The notes beneath the pieces were generated by a model. The model had not been told where the DNA came from. It did not search any database and worked only from the letters and a program-made list of their open reading frames with translations. Source: a virus. Taken from it: 64,000 nt of DNA. The stretch is from IMG/VR virus record IMGVR_UViG_3300032286_000925, positions 31,386 through 95,385 of that record. One strand, written 5' to 3'. Of this stretch, positions 35,489-44,980 are shown piece by piece. Within the stretch, counting starts at the first letter, position 1. Each line of letters begins with the position of its first letter. Made by a program: the position numbers and the translations under genes.

Positions 35489-36236
35489 GTTGATCCCCCT
35501 TTAGCTGCTCATTTCTTAGGACAATGTCATGAAAAAAGCTACCAGAGAATCCGTAGTCTCCAGCATGAATAATATTCACCCATGGAGCTGCCCAGACTTC
35601 TCCTCCAAGTTCACGCCACTTTTCACAAAAATAATAGTCTTCCGACAACAAAATATTGTCATCAGTCACTTCTGTTTTAAAATACTCGGTTACAAGATCA
35701 TTCATGTCAAAAGACCCATCACTTTGATTTAGAGCGTATGATTTACAAGTAGGTTTCATATCCTCAAAGACTTTACGAGTAATAAACATCATTCCAGTAC
35801 CAATCTGAGTCACCTGAAACGGCTCATTAAAGTTAATTTCTGTCTTCTCGGACAAAACATTTACAGCAAAAAATCCAGAATAGTCAGATAGATTTTCTTT
35901 TCCAGCTAACACGGCTTGACGAACCTGATCCCAGTTAATGTTCTTCATAGGGTAAATACCACCAATAAGATCTTTACCAGCATTTACCATCCTTGTAACG
36001 TCCTCATGGTTGAAACCCTCATCCGCATCTATAAATAACAAAGCATCAGCATCACTTTTGATAAACTCGTGAACAAGATTATTACGAGCTCTAGTGATTA
36101 GACTTTCATTGTAGACCTTTGACATCGAAACTTCGTGACCATTACGGATAAGTTCAAAGACTAAATTAAAAAGACTGTCTAGGTAGATACCTTTACAGTT
36201 TCCCCCATACATAGGGGTAGCGATACGTACATGCAT
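35406..36236 (-). CDS. Glycosyltransferase (GT-A fold)
   Basis: IATPMYGG, NESLITRARN, FIDAD, GTGMM, SEDYYFC. Confidence 0.85.
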   Translation of the reverse strand: MHVRIATPMYGGNCKGIYLDSLFNLVFELIRNGHEVSMSKVYNESLITRARNNLVHEFIKSDADALLFIDADEGFNHEDVTRMVNAGKDLIGGIYPMKNINWDQVRQAVLAGKENLSDYSGFFAVNVLSEKTEINFNEPFQVTQIGTGMMFITRKVFEDMKPTCKSYALNQSDGSFDMNDLVTEYFKTEVTDDNILLSEDYYFCEKWRELGGEVWAAPWVNIIHAGDYGFSGSFFHDIVLRNEQLKGDQPTQLSQRDSLLLWDTTDDHSESEQNLD

Positions 36237-36261
36237 ATTTTCTCCTGTAGAAATTTAATTT

Positions 36262-36289
36262 AGAGGGGCCGAAAATTATCGACCCCTCA
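36262..36289 (-). terminator. Hairpin (terminator-like)
   Basis: GAGGGGTCGA-TAATT-TTCGGCCCCTC. Confidence 0.65.
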
Positions 36290-36330
36290 GCGCCTCTCTC
36301 CCGATACGCGCAGTTATATTCTATACCATG

Positions 36331-38982
36331 TTAGGAACTAAAGTTGGGCACAGACGCAATATAATCTGATGACCAATCCACCGTCTTAGGTACTGGTGCC
36401 GATTGAGGCACCATGCTCATATTTTTAATTTCAGCTTTAGAGCCTTGTCCCTCCACAGTGAGACCTCTATCTTGAAGCTTACGCTGGAACTTGGTCTGAG
36501 CTAAAGGACGCTCACCGCGATCCTCACACCAACGACGGTATGAAACATATATCTCTTTAATCAGTAGTGAAGCGCCTACATTGTCTTTTACTTGCTCATT
36601 TAAGAACAAACCAATGCGATCTTCATTTTCGCGATATTTAGATGAAGCTTCAGCAACAGCCGTACACCAACCAAGAGCATCATTAGCAGAAGAGTTTAAG
36701 TACTTAATAGCACCCTCTACAGCCCACGCTAAGACACCTGGTAAGCCACCATTAGGGTCAAATAAAAATTCTTTTAGCCCCGGGTTTGGTTTTTCTGGAA
36801 CATGTGACCAAGGAATTGCCCTGATACGACGCCACATAGCTTCATCATTAATAGTAGGCCTGTGGTTTGTTGTAATCCATAGTTTAGCCTGAGCATTAAA
36901 TGTGAAAGGTTTTTCACCTGGAGAACGAGCAGAGATTTCAGATGAACCAGTCAACTTTTTGACGGCATTTTCTTTCAGCTTTTCAGACTCTGGCAACTCA
37001 TCAACCCAAACCATACGCTTGCCACGAAGCTCTGCCCAGTGGTATAGGTCGGTGTTACTAGAAGAGCCACCGTTATCAGCAAGAATGCTTGAATCCATAG
37101 GCCAAGAATATTGCTGAGTACCCAAAGCTTTAACAATAGCTTCTACAAATGTATTTTTACCAGAGCCTGGAGGACCATAGACCATAAACAAAACATCTTG
37201 ATCTTTTTTACCAGTTAGAGTGTAGCCAACCGCTCTTTGAATCCAATCTTGAAGCTCTTTATCTCCACCGGTAGCAAAATTAATAAAATCGGTCCACTGT
37301 GTACCGCCCATACCCTCGCTATAGTTGAGAGGGATGCGTTTAGTAATGTGTAAGTCTGGTCTGCCCTTAAGCAGTTTTCCAGTCTTTAAATCAATCACAC
37401 CATTCATTACACCTAGTAGGTTATCATTACTGTCCCAAGAATCTACAGAAGTGACTAGACGTGCATCAGAATTTGCGCTTTCAATAGCAGCATTTAAGCG
37501 AGAGTTAGTTCTAGTTTTTGTAGCCCAACTTAGAATTTTATCTTTTTGATCTTGATCTTCATATTGAATAACTTCTGCTGCAATAATAGAAGGTATACGT
37601 TTAGATATTTCTTGAACACCCAAACTTTCCGCATCCATTTTCCAATACCAGCCATCCCAAATAAACCAGCCAATACCGGGAGTGTAACGGATGTGAGAAC
37701 CAAAGGAGTCTCCCATACGACGACCATTACCGATATCAGTTAAAGAACGTCTACCCGGAGTTCCTCCTTCAGCCTCTGACAAAGAATCAGGGTCTTTAGG
37801 TACACTAACATTTCCAGTAGTGAAAGCACCACTAACCGATAAACCGCTATGTGCAGCATTTGAAATTGCATTTCCAATAAATCCAAGTTCAGAAACATTT
37901 TCAAGGCTATACACTGTCGGATAATCTACAACATCAGTGGTCTCGGGCTGAACGCTAGTGGTTGCCACCCTAGTCTGCACCTGATTATTCTGAGCCCATT
38001 CCATTGCTCCCGGCCAAAGCTTATCCCCAACAGGGTTGTTAGCAACAAAGTCAATTGCACGACGAACGTGCATCAGTAGGCCACCTTGACCCTCAAGTTC
38101 TAAAGGCGGACGAACTTTTTCGTGATTGAACCGGATCATAAGAGTTTCAACAGCAAGTTTACCTGACTCCGAATCAACACCTAGTTTATTTGCAATAGCG
38201 CAAGTAAGCCTGTAAATATCTACTGCACGAGAACCTTCAGCGATCCCATCTTGCAACATTTTATTGATGTCAACACGCTCACCGTCGTAGCTAAGATCTC
38301 CGAGCCAACTCCAATCACCTTGCCCAAGAGACGTGCCACTTCCAGCTCGGCTTTTTTTGCGAAGAGCTTGTAGTAAAAATTCTGGAGCGTCGGCTATAGG
38401 AGTCTGCCAAGGAGCTTTTCCATCAGCCCAGTCGTATGTAACACCAGAACCGTGCCGGCTAGGTGCAACCAAAACGTATCCATTATGTTTAATATCAATA
38501 CCGTCTAATCCAGCGCCTTTTAAATTTCCAACAAGCTGCTCACCCTCTGGAACTCTGAAATAAATATGGCGACCGCGGTACGTTTGTCCTTGATATGTAT
38601 AAGTACCTGTTTGAGTTTCAGCGGTTATAGGAAGTTCTTGACCTAAAAGTTCTTTAAATTTTTCATAAGACTCGTTACCACCCGAACGCGGGTCAATATC
38701 AATAACAATGAACCCAGATGGCTCACAGTGAACTGCAATATTGTTTTCTGGATTTCGAGTCCACCAATCAGTGACAGTGCTAATATCATCGGTAGAGCGT
38801 TTTTGCCACTCACCAATCATAGGATGCTTACCAACATCTTTTGGCTCAGCATGAGAGCCATTACAAGTACAGCGGCCACCATCAGTAATACCAAAACATG
38901 GAAGAAGTTTCCATCCTTGACCGGCATACCAAGCAACAGCTCTAGAAATCTTTTCAGTGTGCGTCATTTGGTTAGAAGACAT
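36331..38982 (-). CDS. Bifunctional primase-polymerase fused to D5/P4-type SF3 helicase
   Basis: VIDIDPR, GRHIYF, DIK..GYVLVAPS; GPPGSGKNT, KKLTG, LWITTNHRP; likely start MSSNQ. Confidence 0.93.
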   Translation of the reverse strand: MSSNQMTHTEKISRAVAWYAGQGWKLLPCFGITDGGRCTCNGSHAEPKDVGKHPMIGEWQKRSTDDISTVTDWWTRNPENNIAVHCEPSGFIVIDIDPRSGGNESYEKFKELLGQELPITAETQTGTYTYQGQTYRGRHIYFRVPEGEQLVGNLKGAGLDGIDIKHNGYVLVAPSRHGSGVTYDWADGKAPWQTPIADAPEFLLQALRKKSRAGSGTSLGQGDWSWLGDLSYDGERVDINKMLQDGIAEGSRAVDIYRLTCAIANKLGVDSESGKLAVETLMIRFNHEKVRPPLELEGQGGLLMHVRRAIDFVANNPVGDKLWPGAMEWAQNNQVQTRVATTSVQPETTDVVDYPTVYSLENVSELGFIGNAISNAAHSGLSVSGAFTTGNVSVPKDPDSLSEAEGGTPGRRSLTDIGNGRRMGDSFGSHIRYTPGIGWFIWDGWYWKMDAESLGVQEISKRIPSIIAAEVIQYEDQDQKDKILSWATKTRTNSRLNAAIESANSDARLVTSVDSWDSNDNLLGVMNGVIDLKTGKLLKGRPDLHITKRIPLNYSEGMGGTQWTDFINFATGGDKELQDWIQRAVGYTLTGKKDQDVLFMVYGPPGSGKNTFVEAIVKALGTQQYSWPMDSSILADNGGSSSNTDLYHWAELRGKRMVWVDELPESEKLKENAVKKLTGSSEISARSPGEKPFTFNAQAKLWITTNHRPTINDEAMWRRIRAIPWSHVPEKPNPGLKEFLFDPNGGLPGVLAWAVEGAIKYLNSSANDALGWCTAVAEASSKYRENEDRIGLFLNEQVKDNVGASLLIKEIYVSYRRWCEDRGERPLAQTKFQRKLQDRGLTVEGQGSKAEIKNMSMVPQSAPVPKTVDWSSDYIASVPNFSS

Positions 38983-39162
38983 AAAGACCTTTCTATAGAT
39001 AATAAATACATTACACCCTAGGCATGGGAATAGCAAATCTAATTGCAAAATACACGGGTTATTGAAGACCTATAGTGTAGCACGCCTAGGGCTAATCACT
39101 AAGAACAGGTTGAGGTACAATTATACATAAACCGTACATCGCCTATTTTGCATTGGAAAACC

Positions 39163-39495
39163 ATGACATTCGATATAGTTTTTACAACTTCTGCCGTAAT
39201 AACAGCCATTGGCGTCATTGTAGGCGGAATTATTGCTATCTACAGAGTAACACAAAAAATTCAAAAATCCATCGGTTTAGACTCAAAAGGCAGAACAATT
39301 TCTGAAAGACTAGATCGAGTAGAGCATCAGCTGTGGGAAAATGGTGGTAGTTCTTTAGCCGACCGAGTTAACACAATCGAAACCCATGTCATAAAAACTA
39401 CAGCTGAAGTAGAATTAATAAAGAATTTTGTGGTAGGATCTAATGTACAACAACCTGCTACAGTAAAAAAGACTCGCCTAAAAAAAGTCATATAA
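39163..39495 (+). CDS. Single-TM coiled-coil protein
   Basis: N-terminal TM, NGGSSLADRV..IE motif common in actinophage membrane proteins. Confidence 0.65.
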   Translation: MTFDIVFTTSAVITAIGVIVGGIIAIYRVTQKIQKSIGLDSKGRTISERLDRVEHQLWENGGSSLADRVNTIETHVIKTTAEVELIKNFVVGSNVQQPATVKKTRLKKVI

Positions 39496-39566
39496 CTTGC
39501 CATAAACTACAAAAAACACTATAAAATACTAAATGACACATATGACGTACGAAGGAGACACAATTA

Positions 39567-39836
39567 ATGTCACTGTCAGACCGACTTTCCAGTGCACAAT
39601 TGGATGCAAAAAATTTATTTTGTAAAATAGGAAATCTTCTTCAAGGAGACAACCTGTCAGCAAAAGATAGAGAGCAATTAGAAACCGCCCTCAACACACC
39701 ACTAACCGACTCAAAAAGAATAACAAACGCTGCTCTAGCTCGTCTTCTTAGGGAAGAGGGCTATGATATATCAGACAGTTCAATGGATAGACATCGACGA
39801 AAAGACTGCAGTTGCTATAGAAAGGCATCTAAATAA
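39567..39836 (+). CDS. Small Zn/HTH hypothetical protein
   Basis: C...LARLLREEGYDIS...RHRRKDCSC; GAAGGAG RBS. Confidence 0.65.
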   Translation: MSLSDRLSSAQLDAKNLFCKIGNLLQGDNLSAKDREQLETALNTPLTDSKRITNAALARLLREEGYDISDSSMDRHRRKDCSCYRKASK

Positions 39837-41032
39837 TGAGTTTAAGTGACAAACTAGAAAATCTAGCAAGCCCAGGTAAATCTGGATCAGACACAAGAGC
39901 ATTAAATACTCCAGAAAATTGGAAACCTCGTTTAGAAGTAGACGAGAATGGTGGATATTTAATATCAACTCCTAGGCCCGCTGGGGAAGTCCCTGACTCC
40001 GCAGATATCCTAAAAGAATTCGATCTAGACCCAACATCGTGGTCAGTCACATCTCTTCGCAAGTCGCGATGGCAAACTCATAACGGCGAGTGGTTAGAAG
40101 CAGTTAGAGTTAATCTAGCTCCATCATCCGCGGTGATAGCTGAGCATTTAGACGCAGAAAAATTAATTGACGAAATTAAAAAATGGCGTCCAGAAAAAGG
40201 CATTAAGCAGTCAACTGGAGAAGGTGCATTTACTGTAGTACCTAGCGACCAACAGATTGGTAAAAAAGCTAATGGTCAAGGCACCCAACAATCAATTGAT
40301 AGACTTTTACATTTAACTGAAGCTTCGGTATCTAGATTTAATCAGCTAAAAAAAGCAGGATTAAATCTAGGAACCATGGTATTGGCACTCCCAGGAGACC
40401 ATGTTGAAGGTCTTACAAGTCAGAATGGACGTCTACAAGGTCAGGCTGCATCAGATCTAGGACTAACCGAGCAAGTACGCGTTGCGCGTCGTCTGCTTAT
40501 GGCTCAGATTAAAGCTTTGGCACCACTAACAGAACGCATGATTGTTCCAGTGGTAAATGGAAACCATGATGAAGTTACTCGTCAAGTTGCAGCTGACCCT
40601 GCCGATGGTTGGAATGTAGAGATTGCATCGGCAGTACAAGACGCTTGCGCGGAAAATCCAGCACTACAGCACATAGAGTTTAGATTCCCCGCATCAGGTC
40701 ATCAAACACTAACGGTTGACATAAATGGGACTCTACTGGGCTTGTTTCACGGACATCAAGTTGGTAGAGATGTTCTTAAGTATCTTGCTAATCAAGCAGC
40801 CGGACAGACTGCATTAGGAAATGCTGACGTTTGGATTTCAGGACACTTCCACAACTTTAAGTGCATGGACATAGGCCACAGACTTTGGATTCAGTGCCCA
40901 ACAACGGACCCAGGATCAGAGTGGTTTAGAGATCGAGCTGGGATGGAATCTAAGCCAGGTCTACTTACACTAGTTCTTGGTGGAGACTATAGCCCTCGTG
41001 AACACATTAGTGTGTTACCAGTAAGACTGTGA
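39836..41032 (+). CDS. Calcineurin-like metallophosphoesterase
   Basis: SDQQIG, GDHVEG, GNHD, HGH, GHFH. Confidence 0.88.
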   Translation: MSLSDKLENLASPGKSGSDTRALNTPENWKPRLEVDENGGYLISTPRPAGEVPDSADILKEFDLDPTSWSVTSLRKSRWQTHNGEWLEAVRVNLAPSSAVIAEHLDAEKLIDEIKKWRPEKGIKQSTGEGAFTVVPSDQQIGKKANGQGTQQSIDRLLHLTEASVSRFNQLKKAGLNLGTMVLALPGDHVEGLTSQNGRLQGQAASDLGLTEQVRVARRLLMAQIKALAPLTERMIVPVVNGNHDEVTRQVAADPADGWNVEIASAVQDACAENPALQHIEFRFPASGHQTLTVDINGTLLGLFHGHQVGRDVLKYLANQAAGQTALGNADVWISGHFHNFKCMDIGHRLWIQCPTTDPGSEWFRDRAGMESKPGLLTLVLGGDYSPREHISVLPVRL

Positions 41033-41518
41033 TTAGTTTTGTTTTTTAATCTTTTTCTCTGAAAGATTTGCATAATATGCATTTACAGCATTGGAGCTGG
41101 TTCTACTTCTCCATGTAAAATCGCAATCTAGGCATTTAACTAAGCGAACTGTTTTCCAACGTCCTCCGTCAGGATTATTTGCAATAATAGTTTGTAGTCT
41201 ACTAGTCCTAGCACCACAAGACAGACACTGAGGATACCTATCTCGTCTAATTTCAGCACCGTCGGCATTCACCGATAGGGTGCGACGAATCTCTTGCTCA
41301 TCTTTTCCACCCCAAATACCCCAAATAGTGTTACTTTCTAGTGCCCATTTAACACAATCTCTTCGAACAGGGCAAGAAAAACAAAGCTGCTTAGCTTCAG
41401 CTTTTTCTAGAGGATTCTCTGAAAAAAATAGTTCCATTTTAGATCTATTTTCAAATTTTCCGCATTCGCCTTTTTCTTGCCAATCCATATTGTCGCTAGG
41501 AGTCCAGTTAGTATCCAA
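41033..41518 (-). CDS. whiB: WhiB family protein with C-terminal zinc ribbon
   Basis: WQ..G.C...FF...AKQLCFSCPVRRDC...GIWGG then CLSC...CLDC. Confidence 0.9.
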   Translation of the reverse strand: MDTNWTPSDNMDWQEKGECGKFENRSKMELFFSENPLEKAEAKQLCFSCPVRRDCVKWALESNTIWGIWGGKDEQEIRRTLSVNADGAEIRRDRYPQCLSCGARTSRLQTIIANNPDGGRWKTVRLVKCLDCDFTWRSRTSSNAVNAYYANLSEKKIKKQN

Positions 41519-41855
41519 TTTCCACCCATGTAGTTTCTAAAATTATGTCGACTTGGTTCCCATAATACGTTTCCCCATTTTGATCACTCTTAGTTAAGTT
41601 ATAGTCTCCATCTACATAACCAGAGTATCCATGAGTTATAACTCCAGACTCAACACTTCTATAACCTTCCCCCAGAGAAATAACAACGCCATCTCTTTGA
41701 AGAGCAGAAGCTAGAGCCCTCTTGATAACATCGATATCCAAATCAACATGATCGTGAGTATAGAACACAATTGAAGAAGGTCTGGAGGGAACGAATCCTT
41801 CTCCAGACCACTCAACCCAAAGGCACTCGCCAGCTCGTGAATCTTTCAATTTCAT
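41508..41855 (-). CDS. Hypothetical protein
   Basis: 115-aa ORF, AGAAAG RBS. Confidence 0.6.
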   Translation of the reverse strand: MKLKDSRAGECLWVEWSGEGFVPSRPSSIVFYTHDHVDLDIDVIKRALASALQRDGVVISLGEGYRSVESGVITHGYSGYVDGDYNLTKSDQNGETYYGNQVDIILETTWVEIGY

Positions 41856-41935
41856 ACTTTCTGTATGAAATAATTCTATCGCTATATTTTAATAAATCAA
41901 TGGCTAGGTCCAGATGTTTTGATTATAATTGTTAA

Positions 41936-42142
41936 TCAGTTTTTTAGTTTTACATAAGCAGTAACTTTAAACTCAAATGAGCTTTCTCCGTTTGAATCAG
42001 TTACCACAACATCCATGTCAACAGAATCCATAACCGAACCATCTTCATTACCCAAAAACTCATTTAGTTTTTTAGATATACTAGACAATGCATTATTGTA
42101 GTTGTCTGCGTGCACAACGAGTTCAAACTTTGTTTTTATCAT
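41936..42142 (-). CDS. Hypothetical protein
   Basis: TAATG-coupled ORF. Confidence 0.55.
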   Translation of the reverse strand: MIKTKFELVVHADNYNNALSSISKKLNEFLGNEDGSVMDSVDMDVVVTDSNGESSFEFKVTAYVKLKN

Positions 42143-42564
42143 TATCGAACTCTCTTTTGCAGACGCTCTGGGGAATAGTGAGCACCTTCAATTTTTGGAA
42201 GCATGTCATCTGTTGAATTAAAAATGATATCTCCAGAACGGATTGCCACAACAACACCGCGACGTCCATTGTGTATGTACGCTAGTTCACCGTCATAAGC
42301 ACTGTGAGAGACTCTTACGATATCTCCCACACTTAGTTGACCTCTTTTAGCATCTAACCAAACTTCTTCCGTAGCTATAGGTACTAAAGCGTATCCTAGG
42401 GCTACTTGGCTAAAGATATCTAAAACTTGTTTTGATTTTTCAGGATCCATTTCAATAGTTTCCCAAGTCTTGAGCAATTGTAAAACAGCTTTTCCTACAC
42501 CTACTCTGGTTTTTGATCGAGCAAACTGGTCTTTTACCCAGTCATAATTTATTTTTCTTGCCAT
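42142..42564 (-). CDS. Hypothetical protein with SH3/KOW-like C-terminus
   Basis: VGDIVRV...HNGRRGVVVAIRSG. Confidence 0.6.
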   Translation of the reverse strand: MARKINYDWVKDQFARSKTRVGVGKAVLQLLKTWETIEMDPEKSKQVLDIFSQVALGYALVPIATEEVWLDAKRGQLSVGDIVRVSHSAYDGELAYIHNGRRGVVVAIRSGDIIFNSTDDMLPKIEGAHYSPERLQKRVR

Positions 42565-42565
42565 A

Positions 42566-43585
42566 TTATTCTTTCTTAGAGATTTTTAAAATCTCTTCTA
42601 GTTTGTTTGTTTCAGTTTTAAAACTGTTTAAAGCACTAAAATATGCTTCTTTTTGTCTATCTGAAAAAATAGTTCTTTCAGAAATATCTAAATCTTCAAT
42701 AGCCGATGCTAAAAAGTTCCAAGCATTTCCAAGGATTCCGGTCTCTTTCCAGTCAGTGTAAATTGGAGTTTTTGCGTTAAAAGCTTGTACATATCTATAC
42801 GACCACCAACTACCATCTCCCCGATGGGTAGATATTATAGCGCCCACTGACCTAAGCATTTGATCAAAAACCTGAAAATCTGAAACCCCTTTATTCCATC
42901 TCATAGGAGATGTCGGAGATGACAGAGTTTCTATAAGTTTTGTAGTTTCTTTGTGTGAATAACTATCTACCACCCACTTACTTCGTTTTTCATCAGAATA
43001 CGTAAAATCTAGTAATAAAATTTCATCGAAGTTTAAGCCAATAAAATTAGAATAAATGTTTTTAGGATTTAAAAATCTAATATCATTATCCGATTTCCAA
43101 GGTAGTTTGGGATATATAGTAGTAGGCCACCGCTCGTTTGTAAGCTTTGTGACCGCGCTATATATGTTGCTAGACAATGAAATATCAGAAAGTACGTCTT
43201 TATACCCTTTTCTATATGAATAGAATTGCTTTAGCAAAGAAGTTGGGTTCAACTCCAAGGATTTAAGACTAGCCGAGATTTGATATGTGCCAGGAGCATC
43301 TACAAATAGAGTTAATTTGTCCGAGCCCCATAGAAGATTAATTATATTTAAAGCACCGTAGACTCTATTGGCACTAAGACTACTTATTGGACTAACACCA
43401 ACTAAAACTGAATCAAATGAAGATAAAGACTCTGTATTATAAGAAAGCTCTGGGTCAGCCCATATAACCTCGTGACCTAGACGAGTGAGCACCCTATGTA
43501 AAACTCCAGCAAACTGTAGGTTTTTGTTATTTGCAGACGGAGAGGCCTGAGCAGCCGTCATCCCAGTTAATAAAATTTTTGACAT
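42566..43585 (-). CDS. Putative GT-B fold glycosyltransferase
   Basis: KILLTG...LTRLGHEV..FDSVLVG; WWSYRYVQA...PIYTD. Confidence 0.5.
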   Translation of the reverse strand: MSKILLTGMTAAQASPSANNKNLQFAGVLHRVLTRLGHEVIWADPELSYNTESLSSFDSVLVGVSPISSLSANRVYGALNIINLLWGSDKLTLFVDAPGTYQISASLKSLELNPTSLLKQFYSYRKGYKDVLSDISLSSNIYSAVTKLTNERWPTTIYPKLPWKSDNDIRFLNPKNIYSNFIGLNFDEILLLDFTYSDEKRSKWVVDSYSHKETTKLIETLSSPTSPMRWNKGVSDFQVFDQMLRSVGAIISTHRGDGSWWSYRYVQAFNAKTPIYTDWKETGILGNAWNFLASAIEDLDISERTIFSDRQKEAYFSALNSFKTETNKLEEILKISKKE

Positions 43586-43605
43586 ATATCCTTAATCAGT
43601 AAATA

Positions 43606-43633
43606 GGGGCACCGCCCTTTCGAGCGATGCCCC
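43606..43633 (-). terminator. Hairpin terminator after SSB gene
   Basis: GGGGCATCGCTC-GAAA-GGGCGGTGCCCC then TATTT. Confidence 0.7.
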
Positions 43634-43644
43634 GCTAACCATTA

Positions 43645-44181
43645 CTAGAACGGTGCGTCTGCAGGGGCAGACAGTGGCACTCCAGGGCCGCTAGGGGCCG
43701 GAGGAGGAGGTGGCACAGCAGCACCCGCAGTTGTAGCCTGAGGGGCTACAGCAGGCGCTGAAGGGCTTACAGACCCAACGTAGTAACGGCCAATCTTGTT
43801 CTTTTTAGCACCCTGATACACTTCTGAAGAGATCTGAGCGCGGAAAGATTTACCAGCCAAAGCTGCTTCAATCTGGGCGTTTGATGGGTTGTTATTCGTG
43901 AAGAACTCACGAGGGATACCTAGGGCAGCCATCTTAGAGAAAAAGATACCAAGGGCATTCTTGTTCTCAGGTGAGATGGTAATGTTGTCCCAGATAAAGC
44001 GATTAGCGTAAGGTCCAGTAACTACCTTTGCCTTTAGCTTGAACATGGTCTTACCAGTGCTGGTAGTACCTGCTGGAGCCTCTACCACCTGAAGATCGTA
44101 ATCTCCATCTGGTAGTGGCTCGTAGTTGCCGGTGGCCTCGCCGGCGTCTTTTACAAGATCGGCCCAATTCAGTGAACTCAC
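43645..44181 (-). CDS. Single-stranded DNA-binding protein (DUF669-like)
   Basis: YEPLPDGDY, TSTGKTM, Pro-rich linker, terminal DAPF. Confidence 0.8.
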   Translation of the reverse strand: MSSLNWADLVKDAGEATGNYEPLPDGDYDLQVVEAPAGTTSTGKTMFKLKAKVVTGPYANRFIWDNITISPENKNALGIFFSKMAALGIPREFFTNNNPSNAQIEAALAGKSFRAQISSEVYQGAKKNKIGRYYVGSVSPSAPAVAPQATTAGAAVPPPPPAPSGPGVPLSAPADAPF

Positions 44182-44221
44182 TGTATTATTTCCTTAACTG
44201 TTAGGGGTGGGTTGAGAAGTC

Positions 44222-44980
44222 CTAAGACTTCTTCTTCTCGGTTTTTACACCGAAAATCATGTCGAGCATACGCTCAATTCCAAGGTCACCTTGTTCGACA
44301 ATTTTGCCGAGACGACCCTGAACACGTTCTCCAGCTTCAACCTGATCTGTACGTTCCACATACATACGACGCGCCTTGTAGGGCAACTGGGTTGGGTCTG
44401 GATTTGGGATGGTCTCATTAGCAATGTAACCAAGAACATCATAAAAGTATGGTGCTTGGATTGCAAGTTGACCCTGTAGGTAAGGATGCATAATATTATC
44501 CTGACCCCTACGAGCCATAGCTGTGAGAACAACAGCCTCAATAGGCTGAGTTGGGTGCATTGTAAGGTCACGCAAGTCGCGAAGTAGAGCACCCATGTGG
44601 CGAAGTAGTTCGCCCCACTGTTGCATCTTCATCTGCTCGGTGCCAGCAATGTTGTCCATACACTTAACCTGCAACTCGGAAATCGAGTCAATGATTAAGG
44701 ATTTGAACTGGTGCTTACCGCTTTGAAGCCATTGGAATGCCTTCATAACGACGTCGTAGTCACGAACCTGAACTACAACTGTGTCCCAAGTGCCGTCGGC
44801 CACTGGTGGCTCCTCGCGCATTGGATCCCAATACTTCACATTGATTGGGAGGAATCTATGTCCGCCCTCAACGTCAAGCATTAGGCGTGGATATGGTGCA
44901 GTGACCGCAAAGGTGGACTTTCCAACTTTTGATTCACCGTAGACCATGATAGTCAAAGAACGTTGTACGTCTGACATCAC
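44222..44980 (-). CDS. Sak4-like AAA ssDNA-annealing ATPase
   Basis: YGESKVGKST, LDVEGG, IIDSISELQ. Confidence 0.85.
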   Translation of the reverse strand: MMSDVQRSLTIMVYGESKVGKSTFAVTAPYPRLMLDVEGGHRFLPINVKYWDPMREEPPVADGTWDTVVVQVRDYDVVMKAFQWLQSGKHQFKSLIIDSISELQVKCMDNIAGTEQMKMQQWGELLRHMGALLRDLRDLTMHPTQPIEAVVLTAMARRGQDNIMHPYLQGQLAIQAPYFYDVLGYIANETIPNPDPTQLPYKARRMYVERTDQVEAGERVQGRLGKIVEQGDLGIERMLDMIFGVKTEKKKS

